Shown here: piece after piece, positions 18,086 to 26,650 of the stretch
Layout of the letters: every line of letters begins with the position of its first letter
How positions within the stretch are numbered: the stretch's first letter is position 1
DNA from: Halogeometricum borinquense DSM 11551
GTDB taxonomy: Archaea > Halobacteriota > Halobacteria > Halobacteriales > Haloferacaceae
DNA length: 32,000 nucleotides
Assembly: GCF_000172995.2 (NCBI RefSeq)
Contig: NC_014729.1
Coordinates: 1,890,001-1,922,000, forward strand
Direction of reading: 5' to 3'
Made by a program: the position numbers and the translations under genes
Notes under the pieces: generated by a model
Told to the model about the DNA's origin: nothing
Database searches by the model: none
What the model saw: only the letters and a program-made list of their open reading frames with translations

Positions 18086-19378
18086 CTACGCAGTATCGTC
18101 GGCGTCGGCGACCACAACGCGCGTATTGGCTACGAGATCACCGAGTCGTTGCCCGCGTTTCGTGACTAGCGCAACGAGACCGCCGACGACGTAGAACGGG
18201 AGCCAATCGACCGGCCTGAGGATGTTCCGTCGCAAGGCAGTGCGAACGCCGGGGTATCTGTCGTCGGCGTCAACGACGACTAAGCCAACCAGTCGCTTGC
18301 CGACCGTCTTGCCGTATCTCGACTCCAATGCAGTCCAGTAGGCCATGTCCGCGAGGAACGCACTGCCGAGCAGGAGCGCGACGACCTGCCAGTCGGCCAA
18401 CGAACTGAAGTCGGCCCCTGCGAGTTCTATGCTGATTCCGACGACGAGAATACCAACGGTCGTCCCGACAGCGATCACCGGAATCAACACCATCCAGTCA
18501 ACGACGAGCGCGGCGATCCGCCGTCCGAACACAGGTTTGTCCGCATCGAACGCGACCGTTTCGTCCCGGTTACGTCCGTACGCACCCTCGACAGTTCGGC
18601 CGCCACGAAGCCACGATGGGATGTATGTCGCGGCCACGTCAAGACCGTAGTCTGACGCCGTTGCACCGAGACCGAACACGTGCGCGTAGCCAGTCGTCAA
18701 ACAGACGTTCTCGTAGCCGTGTTCGTCACACTCCGCGGCGATGCGGTCCAGCATGAACTCGTTTCGTCGGCCGATTGTAGCCCGCATCTGCCACGCGAAC
18801 ACGAGGGCGAGCAGGAGTATGAACCCCGACACCACGAGCGAATCGGACTCGAAAAACCAGAACCACCCAACCACGGCGGTAACCGCGACGGAAACGACAC
18901 CCCAGAACAGCCTGTGTACCCGGTACGAGGCGTTGCTGACGGAGAACGCAAGCGCAATCGAGCCAACCGTCCCCCCGACGGCGAACGGTGCTAGTACGAG
19001 TGCGCCGACGAGAATTCCCCATTCAATCGCCCGTTGCCCGGGTCCGACCGCGTCTACGATTCCGCGGTAATGTTCGTCTACGGCGACGACGGGGCAGTCT
19101 CGTTCCGCACCGAGGCGACGTGCCGCCAACACCTCGGCGGGATAGGCATCGCGGTTGAACAGCGCGTAGAGGGGCTTCTGCATCACCGCTGTCAGAAGGA
19201 ATCCGAGCGTGACGAGTGGAGCGCGAATGAACAGCTCGACGTACTCCCGTGCGTCGTACGGTTCCGTTGGGTACTCCACGAAGAGAGCGTCCGCATCCGA
19301 GGCGAACGACGCCAACTCGCGCCGGACTTTCGACCGGCGGTCGGCGTGAATCGACCCGAATAGCTTCACGGAGGGCAT
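18086..19378 (-). CDS. multi-pass membrane protein with C-terminal RDD domain and TraB/GumN-like N-terminal region
   Basis: C-terminal RRIAALVVDWMVLIP ... YGKTVGKRLVGLVVVD ... LRRNILRPVDWLP matches the RDD pattern. N-terminal KLFGSIHADRRSKVRRELASFASDADALFVEYP resembles TraB-type GTxHxS...V..EL. The start is uncertain (19378, 19411 or 19441). Confidence 0.75.
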   Translation of the reverse strand: MPSVKLFGSIHADRRSKVRRELASFASDADALFVEYPTEPYDAREYVELFIRAPLVTLGFLLTAVMQKPLYALFNRDAYPAEVLAARRLGAERDCPVVAVDEHYRGIVDAVGPGQRAIEWGILVGALVLAPFAVGGTVGSIALAFSVSNASYRVHRLFWGVVSVAVTAVVGWFWFFESDSLVVSGFILLLALVFAWQMRATIGRRNEFMLDRIAAECDEHGYENVCLTTGYAHVFGLGATASDYGLDVAATYIPSWLRGGRTVEGAYGRNRDETVAFDADKPVFGRRIAALVVDWMVLIPVIAVGTTVGILVVGISIELAGADFSSLADWQVVALLLGSAFLADMAYWTALESRYGKTVGKRLVGLVVVDADDRYPGVRTALRRNILRPVDWLPFYVVGGLVALVTKRGQRLGDLVANTRVVVADADDTA

Positions 19379-19462
19379 TAGTTCGACGTTGCCGTGGAAC
19401 CGTATAGACATACCGAACCACTGACCCAAATTATTATTCACAACGTTTGCGATGGTGTGTGC

Positions 19463-21115
19463 ATGGTACTATCATACGACGACGCCGTCAGCGAGTTCGA
19501 ATGGGACATCCCGGCGGATTACAACCTTCCTGAGGTTGTTACGTCGCACGCCGACTCGTTCGGCGACCGGGTCGCAGTCCGCTTCCGTGGCGCGGACGGA
19601 GTGCGCGACGAACGAACGTACGCCGACCTGCGCGACGATATGAACCGCTTTGCCAACGCCCTCGCGGAGATGGGTGTCGGCAAGGGTGACCGCGTGATGC
19701 ATCTCGTCCCGCGACACCCGGACGTGTTCGCCATCCAACTCGGTGCGCTGAAGCGCGGTGCGATTCTCGTCCCGTGTTCGTCGATGCTGAAGCCGAAGGA
19801 TATCGCCTACCGAGCGAACGACTGCGAGGCGTCCACCGTCGTCGCTCACGAGAGCCTCGTCGAGATGGTAGACGAGGTGCGTGAAGAGACGCCCCTCGAA
19901 CGCTTCATCAGCCTCGGCGGTGCCCCACAGGGCTGGCAGTCGTTCAGTTCGCTCGTCGATGGCAGGGAGGCGACTCACGACGGTCCCGAACTCGCATCCT
20001 CGGATCCGATGTCTATCAACTACACGTCCGGAACGACGGGACAGCCAAAGCCAGTGATGCACCGCCACCGGTGGATGCGATGTTTCGAACTCGTGAACGC
20101 GCCGTACTGGTGGGGTGTCACCGCCGAGGGCGAGGTACCGCCCGGTGAGACGGCAGAACCCGCCGATTTGGACGACGAACTTCTCTGGGCGACGACGGGC
20201 ACAGGGTGGGCCAAATGGTTCTGGAGTCCGGTCGGCGTCGGAATTACGACGGGCGCGACGCAGTTGCTCTACGACGGCGAGTTCGACCCGGAAACGTTCC
20301 TCTCGATCATGGCGGAAGAGGGCGTTACACGCCTGTGCGCCGTCCCGACGCAGTACCGGATGTTCTCGCAGGCCGACCTCTCAGAGTACGACATCGACTT
20401 GCGCGCCGCCCTCTCGGCAGGTGAGCCGCTGAACCGTGAACCCATCGAGGCCATCGAGTCCGCCTTCGGCGTCACGCCGCGCGACGGGTACGGACAGACG
20501 GAGACCGTGGCCCTCGTGACGAACTATCCCGGCATCGAGGTCAAACCGGGGAGCATGGGCAAGCCGACGCCCGGTCTCGGGACGACCATAATCGACGAGG
20601 ACGAGACAGAACTCCCCCCGGGCGAAATCGGTGAGATAGCCGTCCCCGTGAACTGCCCGGGTATCTTCGACGGCTACTACGAACGCGAGGACTTGGACGA
20701 GGAGACGTTCTACGGCGACTACTACCGGACGGGAGATTTGGCCTCACGCGACGAGGACGGCTTTTTCTTCTTCGAGGGCCGCGCCGACGACATCATCATC
20801 TCCGCGGGCTACCGCATCGGCCCGTTCGAGGTCGAAGACGCGCTTGTCTCCCACGAGGCCGTCGCGGAGGCGGCCGCCGTCGGGTCGCCCCACGAGGAAC
20901 GCGGCGACGTGGTGAAAGCGTACGTCGTCCTGACCGAGGGATACGACGGTTCCGAGGAGTTGACGAACGAGATTCAGGAGTTCATGAAAGAGGAGACGGC
21001 CCCGTACAAATACCCCCGTCGGGTGGAGTTCGTCGATGAACTGCCGAAGACATCTTCGGGGAAGATTCGCCGTATCGAACTCCGGAGCAGAGAGGAGGAA
21101 CTGTTTGGGCAGTAA
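19463..21115 (+). CDS. AMP-forming acyl-CoA synthetase
   Basis: YTSGTTGQPKPV, GYGQTE, YRTGDL and SSGKIRR motifs. ATG at 19463. Confidence 0.93.
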   Translation: MVLSYDDAVSEFEWDIPADYNLPEVVTSHADSFGDRVAVRFRGADGVRDERTYADLRDDMNRFANALAEMGVGKGDRVMHLVPRHPDVFAIQLGALKRGAILVPCSSMLKPKDIAYRANDCEASTVVAHESLVEMVDEVREETPLERFISLGGAPQGWQSFSSLVDGREATHDGPELASSDPMSINYTSGTTGQPKPVMHRHRWMRCFELVNAPYWWGVTAEGEVPPGETAEPADLDDELLWATTGTGWAKWFWSPVGVGITTGATQLLYDGEFDPETFLSIMAEEGVTRLCAVPTQYRMFSQADLSEYDIDLRAALSAGEPLNREPIEAIESAFGVTPRDGYGQTETVALVTNYPGIEVKPGSMGKPTPGLGTTIIDEDETELPPGEIGEIAVPVNCPGIFDGYYEREDLDEETFYGDYYRTGDLASRDEDGFFFFEGRADDIIISAGYRIGPFEVEDALVSHEAVAEAAAVGSPHEERGDVVKAYVVLTEGYDGSEELTNEIQEFMKEETAPYKYPRRVEFVDELPKTSSGKIRRIELRSREEELFGQ

Positions 21116-21173
21116 GACGACAACTGACGCCTCACGTACTTTCTTACGCTCTGACACCGATTCTACCGAGTAA

Positions 21174-21971
21174 ATGTACGTCGCAGACCGGACGTGGCCC
21201 GAACTCGGAGACTACGTCGCCGCAGAGTCACTCGCAGTTGTTCCGCTCGGTTCGACGGAACAGCACGGCCCGCATCTCCCGCTCGCAACTGACCACCTCA
21301 TTGCCGAGGCACTGGCTCGTGAGGCCGCAGATCGGACAGACGTACTCTGTACGCCGACAGTGAACGTCGGGGTCAGTCCGCACCACCGGCAGTTCCACGG
21401 AACGATGTGGGTTGACGCCCCGCAGTTCCGCGACTACGTGGAGTCGATGACGCGCAACCTCGCGTACCACGGTATCGACCGCGTCGTGTACGTGAACGCC
21501 CACGGCGGCAATGCTCAACATCTCCGCGAGGTCGGTCGGCGACTCCGCGACGACGGCACGATGTACGCCATCGAGTGGATGTGGGACGAGTCCATCCCGG
21601 ACCTCGTCAACGAGGTGTTCGAACACAACGGGCCGCACGGCGGTCCGAAGGAGACGGCGATGATCATGCACATCGCACCCGAACTCGTCCGCGAGGACCG
21701 ACTCGAAGACGCGCGTGACGGCGGACTCGTCGATCTCGATGACTCGGATCGGTACATGAAACACGGCGCTCGCACGTTCTATGACGCCATCGAAAACTCC
21801 GAAAACGGCGTCTTCGGCGACCAGACGGATGCGACCCCAGAGACGGGTGAGCGGTTGTTCGAGGCCGCAACGGAGCAGTTAGTTCACCTCATCGAGTGGT
21901 TGAACGACCGGCGGTTCGAGGACCTGATGGAACCCGCGCACGTTGACCCACAACCCGGCAGTCGGCGGTGA
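21174..21971 (+). CDS. creatininase-family amidohydrolase
   Basis: Metal-binding signature PLGSTEQHGPHLPLATD. 265 aa. Confidence 0.88.
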   Translation: MYVADRTWPELGDYVAAESLAVVPLGSTEQHGPHLPLATDHLIAEALAREAADRTDVLCTPTVNVGVSPHHRQFHGTMWVDAPQFRDYVESMTRNLAYHGIDRVVYVNAHGGNAQHLREVGRRLRDDGTMYAIEWMWDESIPDLVNEVFEHNGPHGGPKETAMIMHIAPELVREDRLEDARDGGLVDLDDSDRYMKHGARTFYDAIENSENGVFGDQTDATPETGERLFEAATEQLVHLIEWLNDRRFEDLMEPAHVDPQPGSRR

Positions 21972-22107
21972 GTGTCCGGTTACTGACTGTACTCACACGT
22001 CGATACCAAAGACGACGAGGAGTGGGCGGCGATTCGCGCCCGCGCGGCGGAGATCCGAGAGAAGGGCGCTCGCGGCGATCTGTGAGCGCCGGTACGGCGC
22101 ACCGCAA

Positions 22108-22530
22108 CTACTGTTCGGCTTCTAACTCGTCGAAAAAGGCGGCGACACGGCGCTGTATCTCGTCACGAATCTCAGCAGTCGTCTCGGCGTCCTGCCCGTG
22201 TGGGTCATCGAGTCCCCAGTCGCGGTTCTCGCCGCCCCATCCGGCCGGACACACATCTTCGGCGGAACAGCCCATCGTGATCACGTAGTCGGACCCGGAA
22301 ATCTCCTCGAACGTCACCTCTCGCGGCGTGCGGTCCGAGAGGTCGAATCCCACATCGTACATCGTCTCTACGACGTTCTCGTGAACGTGGTCTGCGGGGC
22401 GCGTGCCACCGGTAACGACGTTCACGTCGAGGTCTCTGTCGGCCGTTTCCTGTTCTGCGAACGCCGTTGCCATCTGGCTTCGACCCGCGTTCTGTACGCA
22501 GACGAACGCAACCGTGGGTGCCGTCATCAC
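22108..22530 (-). CDS. arsC: arsenate reductase, LMW-PTP/thioredoxin-coupled type
   Basis: P-loop CVQNAGRS (CX5R-S) plus the distal cysteine pair GCSAEDVCP. Confidence 0.88.
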   Translation of the reverse strand: MMTAPTVAFVCVQNAGRSQMATAFAEQETADRDLDVNVVTGGTRPADHVHENVVETMYDVGFDLSDRTPREVTFEEISGSDYVITMGCSAEDVCPAGWGGENRDWGLDDPHGQDAETTAEIRDEIQRRVAAFFDELEAEQ

Positions 22531-22714
22531 AGAGTGCTCTCTCGGAGAGCGGTATCACTGCTTCGACTGCCGCGGTGAGGCGCGACAACACGAGACGATG
22601 TGTGACAGCACGCAGTACCGCCAAACCTGCCGCTCAGGATGGATAAAATACCGCAGAATCGTGGTGAGAATCGACGTGACCGCCGACCGCAGTACCGCTG
22701 TCGTGTTGCGTTCT

Positions 22715-22909
22715 TTACAGGCGCTGAAGGTTCTTCGCGCGCGGGCCCTTGTCGGCCTGCTCGATATCAAACTCCACTTCCTGACCTTCCTCGAGGTCCG
22801 GGCCGCCGACGTCTTCCATGTGGAAGAAAACGTCTTCGTCAGAGTCTTCGCTTTCGATAAATCCGTAACCGCCGGTGTCGTTAAAGAACGCAACCGTACC
22901 TTTCGCCAT
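22715..22909 (-). CDS. csp: cold-shock domain protein
   Basis: ATG at 22909. MAKGTVAFFNDTGGYGFI (RNP1-like) and DVFFH (RNP2-like). 64 aa. Confidence 0.93.
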   Translation of the reverse strand: MAKGTVAFFNDTGGYGFIESEDSDEDVFFHMEDVGGPDLEEGQEVEFDIEQADKGPRAKNLQRL

Positions 22910-22972
22910 TGCGGGTGGATTGAGGGTGACCACCCTGATAAGGTTTCCGCCGTCGGTCCGTCAGCACGACAG

Positions 22973-23380
22973 TCAGTGATCCGTTGTCGTCGCGGCTGCC
23001 GTCAACGAAAGGACGGAGACGCGACGTACCGCGTCGAAGTCTCGCAGTCGGTAGACGAGTCGGCGGACACGTTCGGCGGGACCGTCGCAGAACGCCACCT
23101 CGAAACACCAGTCGCCGTGGTGAGTGTGACTCGTCGCCTCGATGACGCCCTCGAAGTCGTGCTGGACCGTGTGTAGTTCCTGAATTACGGCCTCGTGCTC
23201 GTAGTCGAACGCGACGACGGCCGCGATGTTGCCCTCGGCCTCCTCCAGTCGCGTGTGCGATTCAACGTACTCTAGCATCGCTTCCCGAATCGCGCGGGAC
23301 CGGGAGTCGAGGCCTTCGGCCTGCCACACCGCGTCGAACTCCGCGAGAACGTCGTCCGGCACGTTCAGACTCGTTCGCAT
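22973..23380 (-). CDS. nikR: NikR-type nickel-responsive RHH regulator
   Basis: ATG at 23380. N-terminal RHH (RTSLNVPDDVLAEFD). C-terminal ACT-like domain with H...HTHHGDWCFEV, matching the NikR His/Cys nickel site pattern. Confidence 0.85.
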   Translation of the reverse strand: MRTSLNVPDDVLAEFDAVWQAEGLDSRSRAIREAMLEYVESHTRLEEAEGNIAAVVAFDYEHEAVIQELHTVQHDFEGVIEATSHTHHGDWCFEVAFCDGPAERVRRLVYRLRDFDAVRRVSVLSLTAAATTTDH

Positions 23381-23536
23381 GGTGGCCTCTCCGCGAAGGA
23401 CGCCTAAGAAACGTCGCATTCACCAACCGCCGCTTCTCTGTCCCATCAACCCATAATTCGATAGCGACGTAGATTATTACGGAACCCCCATATCGGTCTT
23501 AACAGGCGTTATACGCAGTGGTGAGGACCTATTCGT

Positions 23537-24712
23537 ATGGTCAGCGATCTGTGGGGGTTGATCGGCGGCGCGGTCGCACTCGGCTTTGTTCACGGCGTCG
23601 AACCGGGTCACGGGTGGCCTATCGCCGCCACGTACGCGATGGAAAAGGGGAACAAGTGGCTGTACGGGGCCGCCGCGGGGACCATCCTCGGCATCGGTCA
23701 TCTCGTGAGTAGTATCGCCATGGTCGTCGTCTTCTTCGCCGCGAAGTCCTACTTCAATCTGACGCAACTGCCGTGGATTTCGCAGATTGCGGGCGTTCTG
23801 CTGATCCTTCTTGGACTGTACGAACTTCGCGGTGGTGGTCATCACCACGGTGGCGACGATAGCCACGACCACGGCGAGCATGATGACCACGACACCCACA
23901 CCGACCATCACGATGGCGGTCGCCACGATGGCCACGGCGAACACGACGGCCACAGCCACCATGGCGAACACGGCGGCCACAGCCACCACGGCGAACACGA
24001 CGGCCACAGCCACCACGGCGAACACGACGGCCACAGCCACCACGGCGAACACGACACCACCCACGTTCACGTCGGTAAACACGGACGCGACGAACACGGC
24101 GTGTTCTACGCTCACAGCGACGACGATAACCACGGTGAACACGGGGTTCACCATGTCCACAGCGACCACGACAGTCACCACAGTCACGACGACCACGGAC
24201 ATCACAACCTCGTTCTCGGTCACCACGATTCCGAAGATCACGACGACGAGCGTCGTCACAGCGACCAACACGGACACGGCGACCACAGCCACCATGACAG
24301 CCACGACCACCACAACGACCAACACGGACACGACCACCACGAAGACGGCGTCCTCGCACGTCTCACGTCTGCACTGCCGTTCGTCGGCGGGCACTCACAC
24401 TCGCACCGTCTCGGGTCGGATCCCGCGGAGACGAGTCTATGGAGTATCGCGTGGTTCGCGTTCCTCCTCGGGTTCGCCCACGAGGAGGAGTTCGAGATTA
24501 TCCTCCTCTGTACCGGATCGAACTACTGTCTCGAACTCATGACCATCTACGCGCTCACTGTCATCGTCGGCATCGTCTCGCTGACGCTCCTGCTCGTCGC
24601 GGGTTACTACCGCTATGAAGACCGCGTCGAGTCGGTCGCTGAACACTTCCCGACCATCTCCGCGGCTATCCTCATCTCGATGGGACTTGGATTCCTGTTC
24701 GGCGTGTTCTGA
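23537..24712 (+). CDS. RcnA/NicO-like nickel-cobalt transporter with a roughly 190-aa His/Asp-rich loop
   Basis: N-terminal HGVEPGHGW resembles the H-x-x-x-PGHGK signature of the RcnA family. TM helices lie at both ends. The central loop is almost pure H/D/G/E/S with HDGHSHHGE repeats. Divergent from nikR. Confidence 0.8.
   Translation: MVSDLWGLIGGAVALGFVHGVEPGHGWPIAATYAMEKGNKWLYGAAAGTILGIGHLVSSIAMVVVFFAAKSYFNLTQLPWISQIAGVLLILLGLYELRGGGHHHGGDDSHDHGEHDDHDTHTDHHDGGRHDGHGEHDGHSHHGEHGGHSHHGEHDGHSHHGEHDGHSHHGEHDTTHVHVGKHGRDEHGVFYAHSDDDNHGEHGVHHVHSDHDSHHSHDDHGHHNLVLGHHDSEDHDDERRHSDQHGHGDHSHHDSHDHHNDQHGHDHHEDGVLARLTSALPFVGGHSHSHRLGSDPAETSLWSIAWFAFLLGFAHEEEFEIILLCTGSNYCLELMTIYALTVIVGIVSLTLLLVAGYYRYEDRVESVAEHFPTISAAILISMGLGFLFGVF
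23948..24055 (+). repeat. 4 x 27-bp in-frame tandem repeat (GGCCACAGCCACCACGGCGAACACGAC, encoding GHSHHGEHD)
   Basis: Read directly. Copies 2-4 are identical. Copy 1 differs at 2 positions. A partial copy precedes at 23930-23947. Confidence 0.9.
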
Positions 24713-24753
24713 TCCCGTCCCCGACGGCTCGGCGTTTCTGACTCCGTTTGGAT

Positions 24754-24795
24754 TTACTCCCCGGAGTCGCGCCCGAGCGTGTGGAACTTATCGTT
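24754..24795 (-). pseudogene. orphan 3'-terminal fragment (NDKFHTLGRDSGE-stop) homologous to the C-terminus of the AhpD/CMD-family gene at 30001-30600
   Basis: Minus-strand translation of 24795-24754 gives NDKFHTLGR.... This aligns in frame with NDEFHSLGR near the end of the intact gene 5.2 kb away. An in-frame TAG lies immediately upstream, so it is not part of a longer ORF. Confidence 0.55.
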
Positions 24796-24883
24796 CTAAT
24801 TTAAAATAGATACACAGCGTCAACATCCCCGAGAATGTGCTTCATTTACCTTGATTAATGTAGGTGAACAACCAACTCCAATC

Positions 24884-25792
24884 ATGGATATTGAAAACCA
24901 CTTGCATATCGCGGCATGGATTGCATCAGAAGCAGAAGTAGAGACTATTGATAGTTACTCGGAGAACCTCTCCCGATACAGAGATTTGGGCTATACACAC
25001 ATACCAATACCTTCAGAAAATAAATTTTACAACTTAGAAAATGACACCATGATGAAATTAGATGAGGAACAAATAATTCATGAAGAAACACACTTAATGG
25101 ACGTATTGAGGTTGATTCAAAATAAGCCCTTTCTACTGATTGACCGTAGGATTGGCTCCTATTACATTGTGACTGACGCTGGTGAATTTGTATTACCTCA
25201 TAGTATTGGAACACCTCAGGACGAGTACCTCAAAAAAGAGAAGGTCGAGGAATATTATGAAGACCGAATTGACGAACCATTTAGTGTATTTACTGAACAA
25301 GAACTTAGAGAAGAATATCCAGAAATTGCGAAAAGCGAAGTTCCTGTCGGAAACCCATATCAGATTATCACATTGTCTGATATAAATGACAGGATGATGA
25401 AAGAGATGCTGTATAGTGTTTTTGCTGAGTTGACCTCCCAATTAGCAACGAGAATTGAAAACGAGTATCCAGATTCGAGAGAGCTAATAACTAAAATTGG
25501 AGATAGTAACGTTGGACGCTGGAAAAAAGAACGCATGAGCGGAAGAGATGTTCATATTGCAGAATATACGACCCTTAGAGATATTATGGAAATACTGAGG
25601 AGTTCAAATCCTCACTTTGTGGAAGCATGCGGTTTTGAAGCAAAAGATGATATAGATAGTCTCAGAAAAATCATAGATATTCGAAACCATGTCATGCATC
25701 CGAATAGGTCACTTGTCTACAATCGAAGTGACATCACGAATGTGTTAGATGCTATTGACGAAGCCCAGAGAATTATATCAGGTATGAAATAG
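24884..25792 (+). CDS. AT-rich cargo protein with C-terminal Swt1-like HEPN domain (putative RNase; candidate defence/abortive-infection effector)
   Basis: ATG at 24884 with TATA-like GATTAATG about 25 nt upstream. G+C was 25% and 35% in the two 60-nt lines I counted, against about 60% in the flanks. The C-terminal LRKIIDIRNHVMHPN contains R-N-x3-H (25682-25699), preceded by helices resembling Swt1-type HEPN. The N-terminal 100 aa have a CBS-like feel (LMDVLRLIQNKPFLLIDRRIGSYYIVTDAGEF). Confidence 0.6.
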   Translation: MDIENHLHIAAWIASEAEVETIDSYSENLSRYRDLGYTHIPIPSENKFYNLENDTMMKLDEEQIIHEETHLMDVLRLIQNKPFLLIDRRIGSYYIVTDAGEFVLPHSIGTPQDEYLKKEKVEEYYEDRIDEPFSVFTEQELREEYPEIAKSEVPVGNPYQIITLSDINDRMMKEMLYSVFAELTSQLATRIENEYPDSRELITKIGDSNVGRWKKERMSGRDVHIAEYTTLRDIMEILRSSNPHFVEACGFEAKDDIDSLRKIIDIRNHVMHPNRSLVYNRSDITNVLDAIDEAQRIISGMK

Positions 25793-26029
25793 ATTCGACT
25801 TTCCACACAGAACCCTAACTACGGATAGTATGAGGCGGGAGAGGAGCGCCTCCTACCTTCGTTAACGGGACGGAGATGATGCTGGCATTACGGGACTGTC
25901 CTTTCGTCCATCGCTTAGTCATGCGGGACGGGGTTGCTCCCCTATCCCCGCACACTCCCATGTCACAAATACCAGATAGCTACGGCTATGGAGTGTTACT
26001 CTGAAACATGGGGATGAAGAAAGAGGTTG

Positions 26030-26650
26030 TTAGAAGCTACCCGCTTGGATGGGACCGCTCCGATTGAGGGGATGCGGTTCGTACTCTTCCTCAATCAGAC
26101 GGTGCCTCGCCAGCATACGGCGACCGTCGACGGCGTCGTTCTCCGCTATATCCAGCACCTCCTCAATCTCGCTGACGCCAAGACCACACCTGATATACAG
26201 ATATTCGAGAATCCGTCCGTTGTCGTGAGGGGCACCCTTGAATTGGTCGCGGCGAACGACGATGCCGTCAGCATCATCGGGATGGGGGAGGGTGATACCG
26301 TCAACCGTTTTTTCGACGGTAGGGGTACCACCGTGGGTACCCCGTTGCTCCGCGTCATGGATGCCAAGCACCCTTGCCGCGGTCTCTTCGCTAACGCCAA
26401 GTTCCGCCGCCACGTCTATCGCACCGTTAGTCAAGGGGTGTGCGGCTATCTCACGGATAATGTCTCCCGATTCAGCGTCGTACAGTTCGTCTTTCTCGGG
26501 GTACTCATCATAGTCCACAGAGGCAAGGGGTAGACCAACCTCGTACCCTACTTCTTCGTCTGGCTCAAACCATTCGTTAACTGCATCGGGACGGTCTTCG
26601 GCGGCATCTCCGTCACGGTCCCACCCTTCGGCAAAGGGGTTGAACGTCAT
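26030..26650 (-). CDS. element-encoded acidic protein with two HTH-like segments
   Basis: 206 aa. LTNGAIDVAAELGVSEETAARVL and YIRCGLGVSEIEEVLD look like helix-turn-helix units. ATGA overlap with the upstream ORF. Confidence 0.65.
   Translation of the reverse strand: MTFNPFAEGWDRDGDAAEDRPDAVNEWFEPDEEVGYEVGLPLASVDYDEYPEKDELYDAESGDIIREIAAHPLTNGAIDVAAELGVSEETAARVLGIHDAEQRGTHGGTPTVEKTVDGITLPHPDDADGIVVRRDQFKGAPHDNGRILEYLYIRCGLGVSEIEEVLDIAENDAVDGRRMLARHRLIEEEYEPHPLNRSGPIQAGSF

Noticed and set aside
23453-23477. ATAAT-N15-ATTAT inverted repeat as a NikR operator feature.
   Set aside because: The arms are only 5 bp and the context is AT-rich promoter DNA, so it could be TATA-like sequence by chance. 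It is mentioned in a finding but not called as a feature.
23477-24394. Long antisense and out-of-frame ORFs across the His-rich loop: a 305-aa Val-rich protein that looks like a membrane protein on the minus strand, a 243-aa Thr-rich ORF on the plus strand, and a 201-aa Arg/Gly-rich ORF on the minus strand.
   Set aside because: They are mirror or frame-shifted images of the CAC/GAC/GGC repeat codons of the transporter gene (GTG = Val, ACC/ACG = Thr). Low-complexity composition alone explains them.
25596-25612. tRNA T-arm-like hairpin GAGGA-GTTCAAA-TCCTC, considered as a possible tRNA-derived att site.
   Set aside because: It lies inside the HEPN ORF. The loop register is off from the canonical TTCRAAT. 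No acceptor, D or anticodon arms can be drawn in the flanking sequence.
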